Shown here piece after piece: positions 16,715 to 24,618 of a stretch of 37,277 bases of DNA. Under the pieces are notes generated by a model. That model saw only the letters and a list, made by a program, of their open reading frames with translations. It was not told the DNA's origin and searched no databases. Numbering within the stretch: the stretch's first letter is position 1; every line of letters begins with the position of its first letter. The position numbers and the translations under genes are program-made. Source of the stretch: Candidatus Latescibacterota bacterium (GTDB lineage: Bacteria; Latescibacterota; UBA2968; UBA8231); contig CBDCSU010000001.1 in the NCBI GenBank assembly GCA_965221775.1, positions 1 to 37,277 of the forward strand. Reading direction: 5' to 3'.

Positions 16715-17270
16715 CCTGCGAGGCGCCGACCTTTCCCACCGGGACCTGACGCACGGCTACCTCGTCGGGCGGGACCTCACCGAGGCCGACCTGCGGCGGC
16801 GGTTCTTCACCGGGTCCGACCTGCGTTGGTGCAACCTCTACCGGGCCCGGCTCGACAGCTCCCGGATGTCCGAGTGTGACCTGGCCATGGCGATCCTGAT
16901 CGAGGCGCAGGCGCCCCGCGTCCACCTCACCCGGTCCTGCCTCGTCGACGCGAAGCTGAGTCACGCGAACCTGGCCGGCGCGCACCTCGACGGCGCGGTC
17001 CTGCGGTGGGCGAAACTCGACGGCGCCGACCTACGCCAGGCCGACCTGCTCAACGCCAGCCTGATCGGCGCGGACCTCATCGGCGCCGACCTGCGCGGCG
17101 CGGACCTCACCGGCGCCGACCTGCGGTGGGCCAAACTGCTCGACGTGCAATGGGAAGGCGCGAACCTCACCGGCGTATGGGGCCTGGCCGGCGGGTCCGC
17201 CCGCCGCGACGGGGCCCCGCCGCCCGCAGCCCGCGCCGGCCTGCCCATGGCCTCGAGGTCGCCGGCGTGA
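16701..17270 (+). CDS. Pentapeptide repeat protein
   Basis: Long run of A(D/N)Lxx repeats (ADLRG, ADLTG, ANLTG). Confidence 0.95.
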   Translation: MPLRDLRGADLSHRDLTHGYLVGRDLTEADLRRRFFTGSDLRWCNLYRARLDSSRMSECDLAMAILIEAQAPRVHLTRSCLVDAKLSHANLAGAHLDGAVLRWAKLDGADLRQADLLNASLIGADLIGADLRGADLTGADLRWAKLLDVQWEGANLTGVWGLAGGSARRDGAPPPAARAGLPMASRSPA

Positions 17271-17830
17271 ACGTCCCCTCCTCACCATGGAAGCTGACGT
17301 TCCACGAGCGGGTCCGGCTGCGCCAGGACGTGCTCACCAACTGGCGCCTGCGCGTCTTCGCTGAGGTGATGGCCAGGGCCCTGAAGAATCACAAGGCCGG
17401 GCCGCTGGTGTGGTCCGGGATCGATCAGGAGATCCGCGTCGGGTATGACCGGGACCTGGCCTCGATCCAGGTCTGGCGGTACCGCCAAATCAAGCAGCAG
17501 GTCCGCCACGGGTCGATCCTGGCCTTCGGGTTCGGCGGCCGGACGAGGGGGGCCTGGAAGCGCGTCTACGGTCCCGACGGCGGGAGCCTGCCCGCCGAGA
17601 CGCCGGCGGCGCTGCGGCCGCCCTGGTGCGCCGTCGCCGTCCCGTCCCTGCTGCGGGGGGAGACGGCGGTGAACGCGACCAACCCGATCGCCGCCATGAT
17701 CGGCGTCTGGCTGCACCTGGGCGACGACGGCCTGCGTGAGACGGAGGTCCGCAGCGACGAGGAGCTGACCGAGGCCCTCGGCCGTATGTCCCTGCCCGTC
17801 ATCGACGGCGCCATGGTGTCGCCCAACTGA
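17267..17830 (+). CDS. Hypothetical protein (187 aa)
   Basis: GTGA-coupled start; composition is normal from VNVPSSPW onward. Confidence 0.7.
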   Translation: MNVPSSPWKLTFHERVRLRQDVLTNWRLRVFAEVMARALKNHKAGPLVWSGIDQEIRVGYDRDLASIQVWRYRQIKQQVRHGSILAFGFGGRTRGAWKRVYGPDGGSLPAETPAALRPPWCAVAVPSLLRGETAVNATNPIAAMIGVWLHLGDDGLRETEVRSDEELTEALGRMSLPVIDGAMVSPN

Positions 17831-17847
17831 GGGGAGGAGGGCCCGCT

Positions 17848-18057
17848 ATGCCGAAAGCCCCGGCCGGAGCGCAGACCTGCCGCGTCTGCGGGTGTTGGGA
17901 GTTGGACCCCTGCTTCGACGAGGACAAAGGCGAGTGCTACTGGGTCGAGTCGGACCTGTGCAGCCACTGCGCGGACAAACCCGAGGCGGCCGTCGTCACC
18001 GCCGGCGGCCCGGGGTTCCGCATGGACAAGGCGAACCGCCGCGACGGGGCCCGATGA
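17848..18057 (+). CDS. Small Cys-rich zinc-finger protein
   Basis: CRVCGC...C....CYWVE.DLCSHC; GGAGG RBS. Confidence 0.75.
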   Translation: MPKAPAGAQTCRVCGCWELDPCFDEDKGECYWVESDLCSHCADKPEAAVVTAGGPGFRMDKANRRDGAR

Positions 18058-18599
18058 TGCCGGAGATGAACCTGCCCCCCGGCGTTGCCTGGGTCGTCGT
18101 CCAGGACCTGCGCGTCCAGCCGATCTCGGTCTACGAAGAGGCCCCCGACGACCTGCGCCTGCTGCTCGAGGTCCTGGCGTCGCTGCGCAGGGCGAGTCCG
18201 ATCGTCCACGGCGCCGCGCTCGAGTGTCACGCGATATGGGACCAGCCCGGGCAGGATCGCTTCCTGGCCCTGACCTGGGGACAGCGGCACACCGACGAGC
18301 GCGGCCTCTGCGTCATCGCGGTCCGTGACCCCGCCTTCGGCCGCCGCTTCCTGCCGCCCGAGGTGATCCCCTCGTCGTCCACGTGGGCCTTGATCGGCAT
18401 GAACCCGGGCCTCGGGTTCACCGGGCCCCAGGCGGCCGCGTGGACGACGGTGATGCTGCGCTACGCCGAGGCGTGGTTGAGCTACGGCGCCGCGGGCCTC
18501 GACCTGCTCACGCCGCGGCCGGTCCGTGAGCTGCACCGGATCATGCTCGAGAACCAGGGGCGCATCGCCGCGGCCTGGTCGGAGGGGCGCGTCGAGTGA
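18054..18599 (+). CDS. Hypothetical protein (181 aa)
   Basis: ATGA-coupled start at 18054. Confidence 0.7.
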   Translation: MMPEMNLPPGVAWVVVQDLRVQPISVYEEAPDDLRLLLEVLASLRRASPIVHGAALECHAIWDQPGQDRFLALTWGQRHTDERGLCVIAVRDPAFGRRFLPPEVIPSSSTWALIGMNPGLGFTGPQAAAWTTVMLRYAEAWLSYGAAGLDLLTPRPVRELHRIMLENQGRIAAAWSEGRVE

Positions 18600-18793
18600 C
18601 CTTCTTCCGCGACCTCTACTGGCAGGCCCGTCGCGAGCAGGTGACCCGGGCAGCCCGGATGTACCGGGACACCGGCGACGCCGCGGCCGCCATGGGCATC
18701 ACCGTCAAGTCGTTCCTGAAGCTGTGCAAGAGGTTCGGGATCGAGCCCCCCGGCAAACGCCGCCGGCGTGAGGCCCGGGAGGCGCGGCGGTGA
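18596..18793 (+). CDS. Small Fis-like HTH protein (copy 1)
   Basis: AAAAMGITVKSFLKLCKRFGI HTH; paralog of 19926..20138. Confidence 0.75.
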   Translation: MTFFRDLYWQARREQVTRAARMYRDTGDAAAAMGITVKSFLKLCKRFGIEPPGKRRRREAREARR

Positions 18794-18872
18794 GGATCCT
18801 CGATTCCTCGGGCGCGCTGCGCCCGGGCCGGCGGTCCGTTTCGGGCCGCCGGAACGGCCGGCGGGTAAGCGA

Positions 18873-19256
18873 ATGAGCCGGGCAAGGACTCCTGGGGAGA
18901 GTGCGCCGCTCCCGCCGGCCACCAGATCTGGTGCCAGCTCAGCTGCCCGGGCAGACGTTTTCCCGCAAGATCTTGTGTTGGTCGAGGGCGCGCGTCGCCG
19001 CCTCGAGGAGGCCCGCGCGGCCGTCGAGGACCTGGCCGCGGCCCTCACCCCGCCTCGGCGGCCGGCCGGCCCGCGCCATGATCCGTCAGGGAGGGAGGCG
19101 CCTGATAGGGCGGCGCCCCTGCGGCCGGCCGGCCGCCCTCCTGAAACGACCCGGAAACCGGACCCCGATCGGTACGAGGGGGTCCCGGTCCGGCGCCTGC
19201 CTGACGCGCCGGCCTGGACCCGCCAGAACATCGCCTGCGGTGAGGGGTGGCGGTGA
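18873..19256 (+). CDS. Hypothetical protein, paralog of 20325..20840
   Basis: Shares PATRSGASSAARADV.PQD.VLVEGARRRLEEARAAVEDLAAALTPPRRP; start uncertain. Confidence 0.5.
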   Translation: MSRARTPGESAPLPPATRSGASSAARADVFPQDLVLVEGARRRLEEARAAVEDLAAALTPPRRPAGPRHDPSGREAPDRAAPLRPAGRPPETTRKPDPDRYEGVPVRRLPDAPAWTRQNIACGEGWR

Positions 19257-19266
19257 AGTACTCCCG

Positions 19267-19377
19267 TTGAACGCTGACTGGTTCCTGGCCGTGGCCTTCG
19301 TCGTTGGGGTGGCCTTTGGGCTGCCCTGGGGGTACTTCCTCGGCCGCCGCAGAGAGTGCCCAAAGGGCGCAAGGTAA
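19267..19377 (+). CDS. Small membrane peptide
   Basis: TTG start; MNADWFLAVAFVVGVAFGLPWGYFLGRRR is a single TM helix with a basic tail. Confidence 0.5.
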   Translation: MNADWFLAVAFVVGVAFGLPWGYFLGRRRECPKGAR

Positions 19378-19450
19378 TGGGAATTACCTCGCTCCACATG
19401 CCGAATCCGGCAACCAGCGCCCGCTTTCCCTTACACCGTGGAGGCCCCGT

Positions 19451-19567
19451 TTGAGTCGGTCCCGAAACACCAACCGGAAGCACCGTCGCAAGGGGTGGCG
19501 CAATGGCCGGGGCGCTCGTGAGCACAGGAAGCCGGGAGCAACGTCGTCGTCGCCGCCGCCGCCGTGA
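19451..19567 (+). CDS. Small basic peptide
   Basis: TTG after GGAGG; reads SRSRNTNRKHRRKGW... Confidence 0.3.
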   Translation: MSRSRNTNRKHRRKGWRNGRGAREHRKPGATSSSPPPP

Positions 19568-19614
19568 CGCTGTCGCCTCACGCCCCACACCCTTACACCA
19601 TGGAGGCCCTCCCG

Positions 19615-19929
19615 TTGACCCCCGAGACGATCGCCCTGCTTGAGTCCCCTGAGCGGCCCCGGATCTACCAGCCTGACCGATGGCGCTGCGCCAGCTGCGG
19701 CAAGGTCCGCTACGGCGGGACGAACTGCTGGCGCTACGTAGGTCCGCCGGTGACGCATTTCTGCCTGCCGTGTCGGACCGAGGCCCTGGCCCTTCTCGCG
19801 ATGGCGCTCGTCGAGCCGGCCTTCAAGGAGGAGATGGCGCGGATCGGCGCCTCCGAGGGGGCGGAACGCGCGGCCGCACGGGGCCGGGCCTTGGCCGCCG
19901 CCTATGAACGAGTGCAGGCGGCGTCGTGA
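19615..19929 (+). CDS. Zinc-finger hypothetical protein
   Basis: CASC...CLPC; TTG after GGAGG (alternative start 19564). Confidence 0.65.
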   Translation: MTPETIALLESPERPRIYQPDRWRCASCGKVRYGGTNCWRYVGPPVTHFCLPCRTEALALLAMALVEPAFKEEMARIGASEGAERAAARGRALAAAYERVQAAS

Positions 19930-20138
19930 AGCGCCTCGGCCGGCGGATCCTCCGCGACCTCTACTGGCAGGCGCGCCGCCAGCAGGTGGCCCGGGTGGCC
20001 CGCATGCACGGCGACACCCGCGGCGCCGCGGCCGCGATGGGCATCACCGTCAAGTCGTTCCTGGAGCTGTGCAAGCGGTACGGGATCGAGACCCCCGCCA
20101 AACGCCGCCGGCGTGAGGCCGAGGAGGCCCGGGGGTGA
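19926..20138 (+). CDS. Small Fis-like HTH protein (copy 2)
   Basis: RDLYWQARR...AAAAMGITVKSFLELCKRYGI. Confidence 0.75.
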   Translation: MKRLGRRILRDLYWQARRQQVARVARMHGDTRGAAAAMGITVKSFLELCKRYGIETPAKRRRREAEEARG

Positions 20139-20324
20139 GGATCCCCGAATTCCCCCCAGGGGGCGCCGCACGGCGCCCAGGACGCGCGTACCGTGGCAGG
20201 CGCGTGTTCCCGGCCGCGGCGCCGATCGGCGCGCGTCGTGGGCCCTCCCTGGGGTTCAACGACGGGGCGCGCTGCGCGTCCCGGCCGGCGGATCGTCCGC
20301 CGGCAACGGCCGGGCCGGGGTGCG

Positions 20325-20840
20325 GTGGATAACCTGCGGGGTGAGCGGATCGGGAGACCTCGCCCCGTGGGCTCTGGGGAGAGCGACCCGCGCCTTGGCC
20401 CGGCCACCAGATCTGGTGCCAGCTCAGCTGCCCGGGCAGACGTTTCCCCGCAAGATGTTGTGTTGGTCGAGGGCGCGCGCCGGCGCCTCGAGGAGGCCCG
20501 CGCGGCCGTCGAGGACCTGGCCGCGGCCCTGACCCCGCCTCGGCGGCCGGCCGCCCCGAGCTGCACGAATCCGGCCCGTTCCAAGGGGCTGTGCGGGGCC
20601 CATCTGAGCCAGGTATACCGGGGTCGGCCACTGACGCCGCTCAAGGGCATCGGCTACCTACCGCGCCGCGGCGGCGGCGATCCCTATCGCCGTCTGGCCG
20701 CTGCGGTGCTGCTGCAGGCCCACCGCGCCGCCGATCGCGGCGACGTCGGCGCCGGCGTGTTTCTCGACGCCGGCGGGGGCCTCTATGGGGACTACCTCGA
20801 CATCGAACCGCGCCGCCGCGGCGGGGAGCTGCTGTCGTGA
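20325..20840 (+). CDS. Hypothetical protein with a C-x8-LC-x2-H zinc-binding motif
   Basis: Paralogous N-terminal part, then CTNPARSKGLCGAH; start uncertain. Confidence 0.55.
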   Translation: MDNLRGERIGRPRPVGSGESDPRLGPATRSGASSAARADVSPQDVVLVEGARRRLEEARAAVEDLAAALTPPRRPAAPSCTNPARSKGLCGAHLSQVYRGRPLTPLKGIGYLPRRGGGDPYRRLAAAVLLQAHRAADRGDVGAGVFLDAGGGLYGDYLDIEPRRRGGELLS

Positions 20841-21004
20841 GGCGCCTCGGCCGGGTGATGGAGAGGCAGGTGTGCCTGTGCGCGTGCAGGGCCCTCTACA
20901 AAGCCGGGGGGTGGTTGTTCTCGTGGCATACCTGGATCAGCCAGACGCACGTCCGTCTTTGTCAGCGGTACGAGCGCCTGGCCCGGCGGGATGGGGTGTG
21001 GTGA
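20837..21004 (+). CDS. Small hypothetical protein
   Basis: GTGA coupling at both ends; reads VRRLGRVMERQVCLCAC... Confidence 0.5.
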   Translation: MRRLGRVMERQVCLCACRALYKAGGWLFSWHTWISQTHVRLCQRYERLARRDGVW

Positions 21005-22281
21005 GCGGCCCCGCCTGGGAGCGGCGTCTCCTCGACTGGTGGCGCCGGCGCGTCCGGCGCCGGGGGCAGGTGATCCACCCACCCCCTCGGCCCGGGCCCT
21101 ACCCGCCTCGGCCGGACTCGCAGAAGGCCCCGCCCCCCCCCGCCGGCGGAACGGGCGCCGTGAACGTCCGCCGCTTGAACCAGGTCGCCCTGCAGGGGCG
21201 CCTCGAGTACGTCACCCGGCCGACGTCGATGGCGCCGCTCGTCGGGTTCCTCCACGTCGACGGCGCCCGCGGCGGCCGCTTCCTGCTCCACCTGCCGGAC
21301 GCGATCGACCTCCCCGATCTGCCGGCCTGGGTTTTCGTGTCCGGGTGCCTGGCGCGCGACGAGACGGCCACGGGCTGCGTCGTCGCCGTCCGCGGCCTGC
21401 AGGTCCTGCGCCCGGGGATGTACGGCGTGGAGGCGCCCGACGGGCCTGACGGGGCCGAGGACGTTGACCCTTCGGGAGTGCCGATGACTCACGCCGAGGT
21501 AGCGCAGCGCGCGGTGGCCAACCCGCGCCCGGGCGAGGCCCAGGACAACCTCGAGCGCATGGCGCTGTTCCTGCCCGAGATCTTGCGCGGCCGGCGCTGG
21601 TGGCCGTCCTGGCGGGTGGAGCCCTTCGACGCGGACGACGAGCGCGTCGCCGTCCACAAGGCGCTTCAGGAGGTCCGCGCCAATCACCTCGGCCGCCTCC
21701 TCGAGGCCGGCCGGCTGCAGGTCCCCCGCCACGTCCAACAGGCGACCATGCGCGAGGAGCTGCGTCAGCGCCAGGTCGACGCGAACCGCCTCACGCTCGA
21801 GGAGGTGAACCAGCGCCGGCGGGCCGCGGGGTTCCCGAACCTGCCCACCCTGACCGGCATCGATCGGGGGACCGCGGAGCCGTCCCATAGCGGCCCGCGG
21901 GGCCGGCCGCCCTGCATCCGGTGCGGTGAGCTGTCCGAGGAGCTGCACCGCGCCGGCCCGGCCGACGTCGAGACTCACCGAGCCAACACGGCGCTGCGCG
22001 AGGGGGACGCGGTGCCGGTGTGCCGGACGTGTCACGTCGAGCTGCACCGGCACGCCGCGGAGGAGGCCGACACGCGGTCCGCGTCGCGCGAGGAGGTGCG
22101 GGCCATATCCTGCGCCGCCGGCATCGACGACGGCCGCTACGGCCCCCTGCACGGCCTCACCCAGGAACAGCTCGCGGACGAGCGGCCCGGCCGCGAGGCC
22201 ATGGCCCGCCGGCTTCGCCAGCTCGCGCGGCATTACGTGCGGACCGCCCCCCTTTTCTCCGGCCGCCGTCCCGGCGGCTGA
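21001..22281 (+). CDS. Composite protein: SSB-like OB-fold start motif plus C-terminal HNH-like zinc finger
   Basis: LNQVALQGRL (SSB-like) and CIRCG...H...VCRTCH..LH. Likely internal starts at 21159 and 21484. Confidence 0.55.
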   Translation: MSGPAWERRLLDWWRRRVRRRGQVIHPPPRPGPYPPRPDSQKAPPPPAGGTGAVNVRRLNQVALQGRLEYVTRPTSMAPLVGFLHVDGARGGRFLLHLPDAIDLPDLPAWVFVSGCLARDETATGCVVAVRGLQVLRPGMYGVEAPDGPDGAEDVDPSGVPMTHAEVAQRAVANPRPGEAQDNLERMALFLPEILRGRRWWPSWRVEPFDADDERVAVHKALQEVRANHLGRLLEAGRLQVPRHVQQATMREELRQRQVDANRLTLEEVNQRRRAAGFPNLPTLTGIDRGTAEPSHSGPRGRPPCIRCGELSEELHRAGPADVETHRANTALREGDAVPVCRTCHVELHRHAAEEADTRSASREEVRAISCAAGIDDGRYGPLHGLTQEQLADERPGREAMARRLRQLARHYVRTAPLFSGRRPGG

Positions 22282-22294
22282 GTAGGAGACACCG

Positions 22295-22591
22295 ATGGAC
22301 GACGCCGAATACAAGGCGGTGCAGGACCGCCTCCTGCAGCTGGCCGTGCTGGCCGGTTGCGGGACCTTCGACCTGCGCGGGTTCCTCGCCCGCGTCGACA
22401 GGGCCGAGACGGTCGGGCCGATCCTGGACCCGACCCTGTTCCGGGACGCGAGCGGCAACCTGTCGAAGATCCGCCGCCTGGCCGAGGCCCTGCTGCCTTT
22501 CGTGGACGAGGCCGAGACGTTCTTCGAGGGCCTCACCGGGATCCCCGCCGAGCAGCTGCACGACGTGTCCGGTCGACGGGATGCGGGTTGA
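22295..22591 (+). CDS. Hypothetical protein
   Basis: AGGAG RBS, ATG start, normal composition. Confidence 0.75.
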   Translation: MDDAEYKAVQDRLLQLAVLAGCGTFDLRGFLARVDRAETVGPILDPTLFRDASGNLSKIRRLAEALLPFVDEAETFFEGLTGIPAEQLHDVSGRRDAG

Positions 22592-22859
22592 GGCGTACCA
22601 GACGCGGCTCCCCTTCCCCGGGGACGAGCCGTCGCCGGACGGTCAGTGCCTGGCGCTCACGCGCCGGGGAAAGCGCTGCCGGCAGCCGGCCCTCGAGGGC
22701 TGCGGCCACTGCTGGCATCCCCTTCATGCAGCCGCCCTCCTCACCGGCCACGTGGCCGCCCAGGAGACTCCCCCTTCATGTCCGACCCCACCCCCCTCCG
22801 CGGCCGCGGCCCCGCTGGCGCGTGCGAGGACCTCTCCGGAGATGACCCCCGAGCCTTAG
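22581..22859 (+). CDS. Small zinc-finger protein (QC.A.T..G.RC...C..H type)
   Basis: QCLALTRRGKRCRQPALEGCGHCWH. Confidence 0.6.
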   Translation: MRVEAYQTRLPFPGDEPSPDGQCLALTRRGKRCRQPALEGCGHCWHPLHAAALLTGHVAAQETPPSCPTPPPSAAAAPLARARTSPEMTPEP

Positions 22860-23854
22860 CCCGGGCTCACCTCGACCAGCTGCGGGCCCAGGTCGGCGGC
22901 GCCCGGGCGGACGCGACGCTGCGGGCCTACGCGGCCGCCCTGGGCGCGCTCGAGGCGGCGGCCGGCCGTCCCGTCGACGAGCTGAGCGACCAGGACCTGG
23001 CGGCGCGCCTGGCCGTCCTGCCGGCCGGCGCCGCGAACCAGCTGGCGGCCGCGGTGAGGTTCCGCGGGCGGCGCCTGGTCGGCGCGCGCAGCGCCTTCGG
23101 GCCGCTGTCGGACCGTCAGCTCGAGGCGCAGCGCCGGGCCGCCGGCGCGCCGTCCCAGGTCCTGGGCCTGACCTGGGAGCAGGCCGACGCCATGGTGGCC
23201 GAGGCGCAGCGGACGGCCGCCTCGCTCCTGGAGCGCTCCCCGATCCAGCGGTACGCGCAAGTGTTCCGTCTGCGGGCCCTGCGCGACGCGGCCCTGATCG
23301 CGGTGGGGTCTGACGCGATGCTCCGGATCGGCGAGGCGGTCCAGCTCAACGTCGACGACGTCGAGCCGCAGGCCGGCGGTCACGCGCTTGTGAGGATCTC
23401 ACGCTCGAAGACGGACCCGGCCGGCCGGCGCCCGGCGCTGCTCTACCTGCGGCCCGAGACGCTCGAGGCGGTCCGGACCTGGTGCGCGGCCGGGTGGATG
23501 GCCCAGGGGTCCCTGCTCGAGGCGGCCCTGTTCCGTCCCGTGGTCAACCAGGCGGCCGACGCCGGGTCGTGCGGCCGGCGGCTGTCGACGTCGGCGGCGC
23601 GCCGGGTCGTTCAGCACTGGGCCCGGAAGGTGGGGATCGAGGGCCGGGTGTCCGGTCACTCGTTGAGGGTGGGCGCGGCGCAGTCCCTGGTGGAGCGCGG
23701 GGCGACGGTGGTGGAGCTGCAGCAGGCCGGGCGCTGGACGTCGTCGGACATGCCGGCCTACTACGCTCGCGGGCAGGCGGCCGCGCGCGGCGCCGTGGCG
23801 CGTCTGCGCGGCGGTGCGGATCAGCGCTTCGAGCGGCGCCGCGGCAGCGTGTAG
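22778..23854 (+). CDS. Tyrosine recombinase, Cre-like subgroup
   Basis: RDAALI..G.DAMLRIGE, RSKTD, SGHSLRVGAAQ and GRW.S.DM..YY give the full R-K-H-R-W-Y catalytic set. Confidence 0.93.
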   Translation: MSDPTPLRGRGPAGACEDLSGDDPRALARAHLDQLRAQVGGARADATLRAYAAALGALEAAAGRPVDELSDQDLAARLAVLPAGAANQLAAAVRFRGRRLVGARSAFGPLSDRQLEAQRRAAGAPSQVLGLTWEQADAMVAEAQRTAASLLERSPIQRYAQVFRLRALRDAALIAVGSDAMLRIGEAVQLNVDDVEPQAGGHALVRISRSKTDPAGRRPALLYLRPETLEAVRTWCAAGWMAQGSLLEAALFRPVVNQAADAGSCGRRLSTSAARRVVQHWARKVGIEGRVSGHSLRVGAAQSLVERGATVVELQQAGRWTSSDMPAYYARGQAAARGAVARLRGGADQRFERRRGSV

Positions 23855-24612
23855 TTGCGGATCAGCAGCAGCTGCGGGAAACGGTCTCGGCCGCCGGGGC
23901 GGGTCATGGTATAGCGGTAGGCCAGGTGGTGGATGGCCGTCCAACCGCGGTAGCGGGCCACGATGGACGGGTCGGCGTCGTAGACGAGCAGGAACCGCAG
24001 CCGGTCCCGGTGCCGCCTCAGACACGCCGCCAAGCGGTCGTGATCGTCGATCTCGAAGTTGTACTCGTAGACATCGCAGCCCACGTAAGGGGGGTCGAGG
24101 AACGCGAACGCATCCTTAGGGGCCTTTCCGATGGCCTCCTCGAAGTCGCCGACGGTGAGGTCCACCCCCTGCAGGCGCTCGGACGCGCCCCGGATCCGCG
24201 GCCACCAGTGTTCCGTGTTGGCGGTGATGTTGGCGCTCGACCCCTGATACCCTCGGCCGACCATGCAGCCGTAAGAGACCCGGACCAGGTAGTACCAGCG
24301 CATCGCCCGTTCCAGCGGCGTTTCCGGCTCGAAGACCTTGGCGAAGTAGCGCCACTGCTCGCGGTTGAGGGGCAGGTCCCGCAGGGCCTCGATCAGGCGC
24401 TCGGGCTCGTCGCGGATGAAGCGGTGACAGTTGATGAGGTCCGCGTCGACGTCGTTGAGCGTCTCGCTGCCGGCGGCCCGCTGTTTGGCGAAGAGGACGT
24501 GGCCGGCGCCGGAGAACACCTCGGCGTAGTGCCGATGGCGCGGAAAGACGGGGAGCAGGTACTTGGCGCAGCGGCTCTTCCCCCCCGGGTAGCCGAAGGC
24601 CGATCGGGCCAT
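23821..24612 (-). CDS. DNA adenine methyltransferase (D12/Dam-like class)
   Basis: YPGGKS, YAEVFSG.G, LND.D and DPPY motifs. No cognate restriction enzyme nearby. Confidence 0.92.
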   Translation of the reverse strand: MARSAFGYPGGKSRCAKYLLPVFPRHRHYAEVFSGAGHVLFAKQRAAGSETLNDVDADLINCHRFIRDEPERLIEALRDLPLNREQWRYFAKVFEPETPLERAMRWYYLVRVSYGCMVGRGYQGSSANITANTEHWWPRIRGASERLQGVDLTVGDFEEAIGKAPKDAFAFLDPPYVGCDVYEYNFEIDDHDRLAACLRRHRDRLRFLLVYDADPSIVARYRGWTAIHHLAYRYTMTRPGGRDRFPQLLLIRNYTLPRRRSKR

Positions 24613-24618
24613 GGGGGT

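Larger units (their letters stand above)
18606..20552 (+). repeat. Duplicated cassette: about 18606-19067 repeated at about 19951-20552
   Basis: Near-identical blocks tccgcgacctctactggcaggc...tgaggatcc and ccggccaccagatctggtgccagctcagctgcccgggcagacgttt...ccgcctcggcggccggcc. Confidence 0.9.

Noticed and set aside
17267-18599. Possible paralogy of the 187-aa and 181-aa hypothetical proteins (WLHLGDDGL vs WLSYGAAGL)
   Set aside because: Similarity is too weak to support without a profile alignment.
20324-20332. Isolated one-mismatch DnaA box (GGTGGATAA)
   Set aside because: A single site at a probable gene start; not enough to call functional.
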